From Candidatus Dormiibacterota bacterium (GTDB lineage: Bacteria > Chloroflexota > Dormibacteria > Aeolococcales > Aeolococcaceae), in assembly GCA_035938875.1 (NCBI GenBank), contig DASZGL010000006.1, positions 3,978-67,977 on the forward strand: a stretch of 64,000 nucleotides of DNA, written 5' to 3'. This document shows positions 37,988-45,853 of the stretch, piece by piece. The translations under genes were made by a program, and so were the position numbers. Each line of letters starts with the position of its first letter. Position 1 is the first letter of the stretch. Below the pieces are notes generated by a model. The model did no database searches. It saw only the letters and a list, made by a program, of their open reading frames with translations, and was not told where the DNA came from.

Positions 37988-38602
37988 GTGGCTCAGCAGG
38001 TGCCATCGGTGCGGCCGGTGCGCCGTGAGCGCAGTGACGCCCGGGCAAACCGCAAGCGGCTGCTCGACGCCGCCCGGGCGGCGTTCGCCGAGCACGGCGA
38101 CCGCATCTCCGTGAACGAGGTCGCCCGCGCGGCGGGCGTGGGCGTCGGCACCCTGTACCGCCGCTACCCCACCAAGGCGGACCTGCTCGTCGCCCTGCTG
38201 ATGGAGCTGCACGAGGAGCTGACCGGCGAGATCAAGGCGCACACGGCGGGGACCGACGGTGATCCCGAGGCAGAGCTGCTCGGCCTCGTCGAGGCCCACC
38301 TGGTGGTCCTGGGCAGGGTGGGTCCGCTGGAGGCCTTGCTCCGTCGCGAGGCACCGGCCGCTGTGCAGCGCGTCGGGCAGGGGCAGCTCGCCGACCGCTT
38401 CGTCAGACCGCTGCGAGCCGTCCTGGAGCGGGGCGTGTCGCAAGGCGTCTTCCGCCGTGACCTCGACCTCGACCTCGTCGGCCGCGCCTTCTTCGGCATG
38501 CTCGACTCCAGCATCCTGGTGCCGCGCGTCGAGCGGGACGGGGTCGAGTCTGTCGCCCGCCAGTGCACCGCCGTGCTGCTCTCGGGCATCGCCGCTGTAT
38601 GA
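37988..38602 (+). CDS. TetR/AcrR-family transcriptional regulator
   Basis: HTH 'RKRLLDAARAAFAEHGDRISVNEVARAAGVGVGTLYRRYPTKADLL'. Confidence 0.88.
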   Translation: MAQQVPSVRPVRRERSDARANRKRLLDAARAAFAEHGDRISVNEVARAAGVGVGTLYRRYPTKADLLVALLMELHEELTGEIKAHTAGTDGDPEAELLGLVEAHLVVLGRVGPLEALLRREAPAAVQRVGQGQLADRFVRPLRAVLERGVSQGVFRRDLDLDLVGRAFFGMLDSSILVPRVERDGVESVARQCTAVLLSGIAAV

Positions 38603-38759
38603 GGGCGCTGCCTGCTGCCGCCGGGGTGTACCATCGCGCGGGTTGGAGCATCCGCGAGCAGGTGACCTCCCGGCGTCTCCTGCGCGCTGATCGCATGCAT
38701 GTCCGGGTCGTATCGCGCCCGTGGGGGGAGCGGCGAACCCACTATCTGGGAGTCCGCAG

Positions 38760-39233
38760 ATGACAAGAACCGCGATGTGGGCTGGACTGGCGGGGCTGGC
38801 CGCGTTGCTCGCCGCCTGCGGCAGCAGCACCACCAGCTCGAGCTCGTCGTCGACAACGAGCTCGACGACCAGCACCACGACATCGGCCGCGGCGTCGACG
38901 GCGCACACACCCGTTGTCGTGCTGACGCCGAACCACGGCAAGGTCGGCGACACCATTCACGCCGTTGGCTCCGGCTACTCGCCGAACGTCCAGGTTACGG
39001 GCACCATCTGCGCGCTCGACGCGACCGGCCCGACGGTGACCAATCCGCTCACCCAGTGCGATGTCGTCAACACCCTCGCCGTGACAACGGATGCCAACGG
39101 CGCGTTCGTCGCCGACTTCGTCATCAAGAAGTTCCCACCGCTGCCCGCAGGCAGTCTCGGCTTGACGCTGGGCTTCGGTGTCCAGGGTGATGCGAGTAAC
39201 TCCGGCGGCGGCGCGCTGACCATGGACAAGTAG
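38760..39233 (+). CDS. Secreted lipoprotein, Ser/Thr-rich linker + beta-rich (Ig-like?) domain
   Basis: Lipobox 'LAALLAAC', poly-S/T linker, then 'VVLTPNHGKVGDTIHAVGSGYSPNVQVTGTICA'. Confidence 0.55.
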   Translation: MTRTAMWAGLAGLAALLAACGSSTTSSSSSSTTSSTTSTTTSAAASTAHTPVVVLTPNHGKVGDTIHAVGSGYSPNVQVTGTICALDATGPTVTNPLTQCDVVNTLAVTTDANGAFVADFVIKKFPPLPAGSLGLTLGFGVQGDASNSGGGALTMDK

Positions 39234-39244
39234 CCGAGAACAAC

Positions 39245-39844
39245 GTGGTGGCGCGAGGAGCGGCCACCGCCGGATACCATCCGGCGCCGATGCCGACTCC
39301 TCGCGCCGCAGTCCTTGCCCGGTTGCCGCAGGGCGCGATCGCGCTCGCAGCCTTCGGCTTGCTCGGCGCAGCGATGGTCGCCTGCGGGGACAGCACCAAC
39401 ACCAGCAGCGACACGTCGTCGGCCGGCACACACGCTCCGGCGGCGGCCTGCGCCTTGCAACCTCAACCGGCGACGACCGACAGCCTCGCCACCCCGGTGA
39501 CGCTGATCACCGCGTCAGACGGGCTGAAATCAGGTGACATCAAGGTCGGCACCGGGGCGGTGGCCGGCACCGGCAGCTCGGTCACGGTGCAGTACACCGG
39601 GTGGACCGCCGACGGCTGCATCTTCGACACGTCGCGCAAGGCCGGCACGCCACCCTTTGTCTTTGCGCTGGGTGCGGGCAGGGTGATCGTCGGATGGGAG
39701 GAGGGGGTGCGCGGCATGCACGCCGGCGGCATCCGCCGCCTCGTGATCCCCCCGGCGCTGGCCTATGGCGACGCCGGGTTCGCCCCGGTGATCCCCGCCA
39801 ACGCCACCCTCACCTTCGACATCGAGCTGCTCGCCGTCAGCTGA
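39245..39844 (+). CDS. FKBP-type peptidyl-prolyl cis-trans isomerase (lipoprotein)
   Basis: Lipobox 'GAAMVAC'. FKBP core 'VTVQYTGWTADGCIFDTS...FALGAGRVIVGWEEGVRGMHAGGIRRLVIPPALAYG'. ATG 39290 is an alternative start. Confidence 0.9.
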   Translation: MVARGAATAGYHPAPMPTPRAAVLARLPQGAIALAAFGLLGAAMVACGDSTNTSSDTSSAGTHAPAAACALQPQPATTDSLATPVTLITASDGLKSGDIKVGTGAVAGTGSSVTVQYTGWTADGCIFDTSRKAGTPPFVFALGAGRVIVGWEEGVRGMHAGGIRRLVIPPALAYGDAGFAPVIPANATLTFDIELLAVS

Positions 39845-41021
39845 CCGCGGCGCGGAGAAAGCGTGACGCCAGGCGCGGATGAGCGACGGCGAGCCTGGCG
39901 AAGTGGCGCGGTCGGAAGTCGGTGCGCAACGCTGCGACGACAAACCATCGCGGCGCTGATGCCAGCGCGCCCACGCTGCGGTCCCAGCGGGCGTCGTCAA
40001 ACGAGGCCAGGGCGCGGTTGATCCGGAAGGCGACGCGGAAATCGCGGTGATGCCGGTCGCGCCAGCTTCGCTCGAAGTGGCGCAGCGGAGCGTCGTCGCC
40101 GGTGCGCACCGCCTCGCCGAGCGCAGCGCCGCAGGCCTCGCCGGCGGCGATGGCATAACGGATTCCCTCGCCGACGAGAGTCGAGGCGTGGGATGCGGCA
40201 TCACCGATGATCACCACCCGGTCGCGCACGATGCTGGTGCGCAAGGGCTCGACGGGGATGAGACCGGCGTGGACCTCGAGAGGCTGAGCACCCTCGAGCG
40301 CCTCACCCAGCGCGGGAAGCCGGCGGACGCGGTCGAGCAGCTCGCGCGGATCGGCGTCGCTGTCGGGGCGCATGACACCGACGCCGAGACGGACGCGTCC
40401 CTGGCGATAGGGAAACGCCCACGCGTACCCCGCCGGGGCGATCTGCTCACCGACGATGAGCCAGCACGTGGACGTCGGGAACGCCGGCGCCGACATGTCG
40501 ACCTCGGCGCCAACCGCGCGGCGGGCGAACGGCGGATGCATGCCCATCGCGGTGGCGACGACTGCCGCAGTACCGGTGGCGTCGACCGCGTAGCGGCCCG
40601 CCGTACGCCACTCGCCGCCGGGGCCGCGGACGCCGACGGCCACGCCGTCGCCAGCCGACGCGGCGCGCATCACCGTCGCCCTGAGGTGGAGGTCGACGCC
40701 GGCGCTCGCCGCCCGCTCGGCGAGCCACTGGTAGAGGGCGCGGACGTCGAGGATGCAGACCTCGGGATGGCTGAAGGGAATCACCGCCTCGCGCTCGGGT
40801 CCAAGGAAGCGCACCTCGGTGATCGGGTTGTAGAGGTGCTCGGGGATCCCCAGCCTGCGAAGGTCGGCGATGAAGCTCCCGCCACTGGTGCGGGTGGGGA
40901 TGCCGAAGGCGCTGTCCCGCTCCAGCAGCACAACCCTGGCGCCTGCTTCCGCCGCGGCCCTCGCCGCGCTCAGTCCGGCCGGTCCACCACCGGCGACGAC
41001 GACGTCGTACATCGCGACCAT
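39837..41021 (-). CDS. FAD-dependent oxidoreductase, geranylgeranyl-reductase family
   Basis: 'YDVVVAGGGPAGLSAARAAAEAGARVVLLERD', 'GEQIAPAGYAWAFP', 'VVIIGDAASHASTLVGEGIRYA'. Start ATG 41021. Confidence 0.8.
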   Translation of the reverse strand: MVAMYDVVVAGGGPAGLSAARAAAEAGARVVLLERDSAFGIPTRTSGGSFIADLRRLGIPEHLYNPITEVRFLGPEREAVIPFSHPEVCILDVRALYQWLAERAASAGVDLHLRATVMRAASAGDGVAVGVRGPGGEWRTAGRYAVDATGTAAVVATAMGMHPPFARRAVGAEVDMSAPAFPTSTCWLIVGEQIAPAGYAWAFPYRQGRVRLGVGVMRPDSDADPRELLDRVRRLPALGEALEGAQPLEVHAGLIPVEPLRTSIVRDRVVIIGDAASHASTLVGEGIRYAIAAGEACGAALGEAVRTGDDAPLRHFERSWRDRHHRDFRVAFRINRALASFDDARWDRSVGALASAPRWFVVAALRTDFRPRHFARLAVAHPRLASRFLRAAVS

Positions 41022-41047
41022 GATGGCGTCAGCAACCGGGTTACGGT

Positions 41048-41308
41048 TTGGCCGGGGCGTTTGGCTACTCTCCTGGCGTGGCCGGCTACCCCGCACCCGT
41101 CGACGAGAAGCACCGACGCCTGGTCTACAAGCTCGAGGACAACATCCTCCAGGGCTATGCCTACGAGGACCAGCAATGCGACGGCTGCAAGTTCTACATC
41201 GGCATCGGCGACATCGCCTACTGCAATCACATGATGGTGCGCATGCCCGTCGGCGCCACGTGGTGGTGCCAGTGGTGGGAGAGCCCCGACGAGGAGCCGC
41301 TGACATGA
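41048..41308 (+). CDS. HiPIP-like [4Fe-4S] protein, no signal peptide (paralog A)
   Basis: 'QQCDGCKFYIGIGDIAYCNHMMVRMPVGATWWCQWWE' has Cx2Cx11Cx14C with an aromatic box around the last Cys, like the HiPIP 'CxxCxF...C...GWCxxW'. Start uncertain (TTG 41048 or GTG 41078). Confidence 0.6.
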   Translation: MAGAFGYSPGVAGYPAPVDEKHRRLVYKLEDNILQGYAYEDQQCDGCKFYIGIGDIAYCNHMMVRMPVGATWWCQWWESPDEEPLT

Positions 41309-41538
41309 GGGAGGCAAAGGTCTCGCGCGAGGAGCAGATGGAGCGCGAGAACGAGGCGTTCCTTGCCATTCAGCGCGAGGCCAAGCTGCGCGGGACTCCG
41401 TCAGGCGAGCAGCGATGCGACAACTGCAAGTACTACGTCGGCGAGTGGAAGAAGATCGCCTACTGCAATCACCCCAAGCTGCAGCTGCTGGTCGGAGCCC
41501 AGTGGTGGTGCCAGTGGTGGGAGGCCAAGGAGGGCTGA
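41305..41538 (+). CDS. HiPIP-like [4Fe-4S] protein, no signal peptide (paralog B)
   Basis: ATGA overlap with paralog A. 'QRCDNCKYYVGEWKKIAYCNHPKLQLLVGAQWWCQWWE'. Confidence 0.65.
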   Translation: MREAKVSREEQMERENEAFLAIQREAKLRGTPSGEQRCDNCKYYVGEWKKIAYCNHPKLQLLVGAQWWCQWWEAKEG

Positions 41539-41559
41539 CACAACATCGCCGCCGAGGAT

Positions 41560-42012
41560 TCAGGTGAAGTCCTTGACGTGCCGCCGCATGTCGACCTGGG
41601 GACGGTAACCGGCGGCGATCCAGAATGCCGTCGCCCGGGGATCGGCGGCGACGACCACCGCGCCGATACGCCTCGCCCCCCTGTCGCGGAGGCGCTGCTC
41701 ACCCTCACGCACGAGGGCGAGCGCGATGCCCTGGCGGCGGTGGGCGGGATGCACCGCCATCCGGTACATGTGCCCGCGCCAACCGTCCCAGCCGATGATC
41801 AGCGAGCCCACGACATCGCCGGATTCGTCGACGGCAACAAGCACCGGCTGGTCGTCGCGTCCCACAAGCCCGGACAGAGTGGGGAGATCTTCGCCGATGG
41901 TCGCCACCGTGCCGGCGTCGCGCCACAGCCGCACCAGAGCGGAGACCTCTCCGGGTGTGCAGGGGCGGATCAACATGGCGTCGCCGATGATCGCCTCTTT
42001 CGGTCCGGTCAT
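41560..42012 (-). CDS. GNAT-family N-acetyltransferase
   Basis: 'VVGSLIIGWDGWRGHMYRMAVHPAHRRQGIALALV' (R/QxxGxA acetyl-CoA loop). ATG 42012 overlaps the upstream TGA. Confidence 0.85.
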   Translation of the reverse strand: MTGPKEAIIGDAMLIRPCTPGEVSALVRLWRDAGTVATIGEDLPTLSGLVGRDDQPVLVAVDESGDVVGSLIIGWDGWRGHMYRMAVHPAHRRQGIALALVREGEQRLRDRGARRIGAVVVAADPRATAFWIAAGYRPQVDMRRHVKDFT

Positions 42013-43343
42013 GCCTCCAGCAGGTCGGCGACGAGTCGGGCGATGGCCAGCGACGCCGTCGCCGCCGGTGACGGGGCGTTGCGAACGCAGATCACCGCGC
42101 CGTCGCGCCAGGTGGCGAAGTCGTCGAGCAACCGACCTCGAGCATCGACGGCCTGGGCGCGAATGCCGCAGGGGCCCGGCGTCAGGTCGTCGCTGCGCAG
42201 CTCGGGGATGTAGCGCTGCGCTGCGCGAACGAGGAGTCGCCGGCTGCGATCGCGGACCAGCTCGGTCACGCCACTCCGCCAGTGGCGGGCAAGCATTCGC
42301 CATACCGCGGCATCGCCGGCCAGGTCGGCGATATCCGAGCGGCTGCGCGCACCGCGACGGTATCCCTCGCGGCTCAGCGCGAGCACGGCGCTCGGACCCA
42401 GCCACACGGTGCCGTCGATCCGCCTGGTGGCGTGGACGCCAAGGAAAGGCACGCGAGGATCGGGAACGGGATAGACCAAACCGCGCACCAGCTCGGTGCG
42501 TTGTGGACGAAGTTGCCAGAAATCGCCGCGGAAGGGGACGATGCGAGGATGCCGCGGCGCACCTGCTGAGACCGCGAGTCGATCAGACCAGAGCCCGGCA
42601 CAGACGATCACCGCCGTCGCCGTGAACGCCTCTGCGGCGGTGATGACCTCGGCGCCGCCTTCGCGATTGTGGATTGCGTCCACGGCGACGCCACAGCGCA
42701 CATCGCCACCGCGCTGTTGCACGTCGGCGGCGAGCGCGTCGGTCACCTGCGAGTAGTCGACGACGGCGGCGCCGGGGATGCGCAGGGCGCGCAGCCCGCG
42801 CACGTGCGGCTCGACCTGCGTGATGGCGTCGCCGTCGATCAGCTCGAGCCCTCGTACTCCGTTGGCGACACCGCGGGCGTGCAGGTCGTCGAGCCGGCCC
42901 AGCTCGCCGCGCTCGACGGCGACGATCAGCTTGCCGCGGTGCTCGAGGGCGACGCCGTGCGTGTCGCAGAAGTCCTCCATCAGGCGGGCACCCTCGACAC
43001 AGGTGCGCGCGCGAAGGCCGCCCGGCGTGTAATACACACCGGAGTGCAGCACCCCGCTGTTGTGGCTGCTCTGATGCGCGCCGACACGCCCTTCCTTCTC
43101 GAGCACCGTCACCGGTGCGGAGGGGCGGCGCAGCAGCAGCTCGCGCGCAGTTGCCAGGCCGACGATCCCGCCCCCGACGACGACGGTGGGCGTGCTGGTC
43201 AGGTGCGGAAGATGCGCCCCAGCGCCTTGAACAGGACGACCGAGATCACCCCCGAGACGGCCATGCAGATCACCGGCACGCCGAACGCATAAAACAGGTT
43301 GGGTGGCGAAACCAAGTCGACGAGCATGGGCGCGATCTCCCAA
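42009..43343 (-). CDS. lhgO: L-2-hydroxyglutarate oxidase-like FAD oxidoreductase
   Basis: 'VVVGGGIVGLATARELL', 'HQSSHNSGVLHSGVYYTPGGLRA'. The only ATG/GTG/TTG start upstream of the GxGxxG is TTG 43343, which gives a 47-aa extension, so the start is uncertain. Confidence 0.82.
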   Translation of the reverse strand: MGDRAHARRLGFATQPVLCVRRAGDLHGRLGGDLGRPVQGAGAHLPHLTSTPTVVVGGGIVGLATARELLLRRPSAPVTVLEKEGRVGAHQSSHNSGVLHSGVYYTPGGLRARTCVEGARLMEDFCDTHGVALEHRGKLIVAVERGELGRLDDLHARGVANGVRGLELIDGDAITQVEPHVRGLRALRIPGAAVVDYSQVTDALAADVQQRGGDVRCGVAVDAIHNREGGAEVITAAEAFTATAVIVCAGLWSDRLAVSAGAPRHPRIVPFRGDFWQLRPQRTELVRGLVYPVPDPRVPFLGVHATRRIDGTVWLGPSAVLALSREGYRRGARSRSDIADLAGDAAVWRMLARHWRSGVTELVRDRSRRLLVRAAQRYIPELRSDDLTPGPCGIRAQAVDARGRLLDDFATWRDGAVICVRNAPSPAATASLAIARLVADLLEA

Positions 43344-43408
43344 GGGCGGGCTGTGCGCTACCGCATATGTAGCAGGTCGTCAGCCCCCCTGGACACCACC
43401 GCGCGCGC

Positions 43409-43485
43409 TGGTACCCCGTATCGGATTCGAACCGATGATCTCCGCCTTGAGAGGGCGGTGTCCTGGGCCACTAGACGAACGGGGC
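43409..43485 (-). tRNA. tRNA-Glu (anticodon CUC), CCA encoded
   Basis: Minus-strand read: GCCCCGTTCGTCTAGTGGCCCAGGACACCGCCCTCTCAAGGCGGAGATCATCGGTTCGAATCCGATACGGGGTACCA. It has a 7-bp acceptor stem (G1-U72), anticodon stem CGCC/GGCG with loop CT-CTC-AA, and T-loop GGTTCGAATCC. Confidence 0.9.
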
Positions 43486-43548
43486 ACGCACGCGGTCCAT
43501 CGCCCGCCGCGCCACAACGGAGCGGAGCCGAATTATACGATCCGGCCT

Positions 43549-43827
43549 TCAGAGCTTCTCGAAGGCGCGGGCGGCAAGCGAATCGACGATGTCGTTGAGC
43601 CGCTGGACGGAGGCGAGCAGCTCACGGGCCATCTCTGCACGAGTGTGGGCGTCGAACTCCTCGCCCGCCTCGGCGAGAAGCTCGGCGTGACTCATCGCCA
43701 CCGTCAGCGGCGTGCGCAGGTCGTGGACGATCATCCGGGCGAAGCCGCGCGCGTCGCTGAAGTCCCTGGCACTCTCGGTCACGCAGCCAAGTGTCGCATC
43801 AGGCCCGGCACTGCGCGCGCCGGGCAT
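43549..43827 (-). CDS. Stand-alone HisKA/DHp-like mini-protein (H-box only), up to 92 aa
   Basis: 'FARMIVHDLRTPLTVAMSHAELLAE...RLNDIVDSLAARAFEKL' is an H-box plus second helix with no sensor or HATPase domain. It could be a gene remnant. Confidence 0.45.
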   Translation of the reverse strand: MPGARSAGPDATLGCVTESARDFSDARGFARMIVHDLRTPLTVAMSHAELLAEAGEEFDAHTRAEMARELLASVQRLNDIVDSLAARAFEKL

Positions 43828-43892
43828 CCACCACCGGCGCCCGATCGGGGCGGCTGCGCTCCAACGGCACCAGCGGCGACAATGCGCCGCCG

Positions 43893-44756
43893 ATGGACCT
43901 GCGCCACTGCGTCATCCCTGCCGCGGGTTTGGGGACGCGCTTCCTGCCGGCCACCAAGGCGCTGCCCAAGGAGCTCCTTCCCATTCTCGACCGTCCCATC
44001 CTGCAGTGGGGGGTGGAGGAAGCGGTGGCTGCCGGGTGCGACACCATGGTGGTGGTGACCAGCCGGGGCAAGGAGCTGATCGCGGCGCACTTCGACAGTT
44101 CCCCCGACCTCGAGCGTGTCCTGGAGGCTCGGGGCCGGCACACCGACCTCGCCATGCTGCGCTCTCTGGCCCGGCTGGCCAGCTTTGCCTACGTCTATCA
44201 GCCCGAGCCGCTTGGGCTGGGCCACGCGGTGCTCTGCGCCAGCCCCCTCGTCGGCGACCGTCCCTTCGCCTGCCTGCTCCCTGACGACCTCTCCTACGGC
44301 GGGCCCCCGGTGCTCGCTCAGCTTGTTGCCGCCTATCGCGAGCTGGCCACACCGGTCCTCGCGCTGCGGCGCGTCCCGCGTGAGGGCATCTCGCGCTACG
44401 GCGTCGCCACCGTCGCCGAGTCGCGGGGACGGCTCCACCGGATCACTTCGGTGGTTGAGAAGCCATCCGCCGAGGAGGCGGCGAGCGATCTGGCCATCAT
44501 GGGCAGATACGTGCTGACACCGGCGGTCGTCGCCGCGCTCGCCAGGACGCAGCCCGGCGCCGGTGGAGAGATCCAGCTGACCGACGGCATCGCCGGCGTG
44601 CTGAGCGACGGCGAGGTCTGGGGTCTTGAATTCGAGGGTGAGCTGCTCGACGCGGGCACACCCGAGGGCTGGTTGCAGACCCTGATCCGCACCGCGCGCG
44701 ACCATCCGGTCTTCGGCCCCGCGATCCGTGACGCCCTGGCCGCGGTGTCGGCGTGA
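43893..44756 (+). CDS. galU: UTP--glucose-1-phosphate uridylyltransferase
   Basis: 'VIPAAGLGTRFLPATKALPKELLPILDRPILQW', 'YVYQPEPLGLGHAVL', 'VEKP', 'GRYVLTP'. Confidence 0.92.
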   Translation: MDLRHCVIPAAGLGTRFLPATKALPKELLPILDRPILQWGVEEAVAAGCDTMVVVTSRGKELIAAHFDSSPDLERVLEARGRHTDLAMLRSLARLASFAYVYQPEPLGLGHAVLCASPLVGDRPFACLLPDDLSYGGPPVLAQLVAAYRELATPVLALRRVPREGISRYGVATVAESRGRLHRITSVVEKPSAEEAASDLAIMGRYVLTPAVVAALARTQPGAGGEIQLTDGIAGVLSDGEVWGLEFEGELLDAGTPEGWLQTLIRTARDHPVFGPAIRDALAAVSA

Positions 44757-45316
44757 GCCGCATCCTGCGCCACGAGTGGGGGGCGATCACCTTCGTGGTC
44801 ACCGTCATCGTGGGTGCCATCGCGGTGGCGGTCTCGCTGCTGATCAACGGTGCCGGCGCGACGACACCGCCACCCCTGCCACCATGCCCGTCGTTTGCGG
44901 CGGTGACCACGCCGACATCCGCGGCCACGCCGACGGCGAGCGGGTCGCCGGGTGCCTCGCCGGCCGCCAGCGCAGCGCCGACTCCGACCCCGACCCCGAC
45001 GCCAACACCCACGCCCACGCCGTCGCCAACTCCTTCGGGATCGCCGACGCCGTCGCTGCCCTTCAATCCCGCCCTGATCGGCTGTCCCACCGCGCCGGCG
45101 ACGCCACCACCGGCGACGCCGACCCCGTCGCCGTCGGCCACGGGAAGTCCCAACCCGTCGAGCAGCGCCTCATCCACGACGTCGCCGGCGCCGTCGCCGA
45201 CCCCGGCGGGCACACCGACGCCATTCCCCACCCCGTGCCCGACGCCTCCAGGACCCTGTTCCTCGGGACCGACGCCGTCACCTTCACCATCAGCCTCGCC
45301 GACGCCCGCGCATTGA
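44753..45316 (+). CDS. TM-anchored Pro/Thr/Ser/Ala low-complexity protein
   Basis: GTG overlaps the galU stop. TM 'ITFVVTVIVGAIAVAVSLLI', then about 150 aa of (TP)n / PS-rich sequence. Coding status moderately uncertain. Confidence 0.45.
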   Translation: MSRILRHEWGAITFVVTVIVGAIAVAVSLLINGAGATTPPPLPPCPSFAAVTTPTSAATPTASGSPGASPAASAAPTPTPTPTPTPTPTPSPTPSGSPTPSLPFNPALIGCPTAPATPPPATPTPSPSATGSPNPSSSASSTTSPAPSPTPAGTPTPFPTPCPTPPGPCSSGPTPSPSPSASPTPAH

Positions 45317-45343
45317 CAGTCCGGCGAGCGCGGGCGCTGCGGT

Positions 45344-45853
45344 TCAGGAGATCAGCAGCAGAGTCCCGTTCTCCGGCGTGATGGCGTCGCGAGCCAGCTC
45401 GAGGTCGATGGTCGGCGGCCGGCCGGCGTCGAGGACGACGGCGATGCGATCGCTGAGACGCAGCTCGCCGATGCGGACGCAGTCGCGCAGGAAGGTGAAG
45501 GCGAGAGGTCGGACGAGGTTCCACAGGTAGCCGCGCAGCACCGCGGCGTCCGTTGACGGTGCCGCATCGCTGCGGTCGCGGAACGCCATGACGCAGACCT
45601 CGTCGGTGAGCTGGATGGGCGTGGTCCAGGTGTACGCCTCCTGCTCGGGCTCACCGTCGATGAAGTGCTCCTTCTCGGCGAAGAGCACAAGTCGCTCGAC
45701 CAACCGTCGCATCGGCCGTGCCGGTCCTTCGACGAAGACGGGGATGTCGCGCAGCGGCTCTCCCGCCTCCTGGGCCGGATAGCGCGCGCTGAAGCCGACG
45801 TCGTCCACACCGCTGAAGGGCGCCGGCACCTTGATGGTCAGCTCGCTGATCAC
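45344..45853 (-). CDS. Hypothetical protein co-transcribed with PolX, 169 aa
   Basis: GTGA overlap with the PolX stop. Protein-like composition ('LVERLVLFAEKEHFIDGEPEQEAYTWTTPIQLTDEVCVMAF'). No family recognised. Confidence 0.4.
   Translation of the reverse strand: MISELTIKVPAPFSGVDDVGFSARYPAQEAGEPLRDIPVFVEGPARPMRRLVERLVLFAEKEHFIDGEPEQEAYTWTTPIQLTDEVCVMAFRDRSDAAPSTDAAVLRGYLWNLVRPLAFTFLRDCVRIGELRLSDRIAVVLDAGRPPTIDLELARDAITPENGTLLLIS

Noticed and set aside
37871-38956. Upstream 1.1 kb of track ORF 37670..38956 (428 aa)
   Set aside because: It is antisense to the TetR and lipoprotein genes and is Ala/Val/Asp low complexity. Only the terminal 66 codons have an RBS and protein-like composition.
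41048-41538. Interpreting the two small Cys-rich proteins as ferredoxins, rubredoxins or zinc ribbons
   Set aside because: The spacing Cx2Cx11Cx14C with the Trp-rich box around the fourth Cys does not fit CxxCxxCxxxCP ferredoxin or paired CxxC zinc-ribbon/rubredoxin patterns. It fits the HiPIP pattern better, so they are kept as HiPIP-like with moderate confidence.
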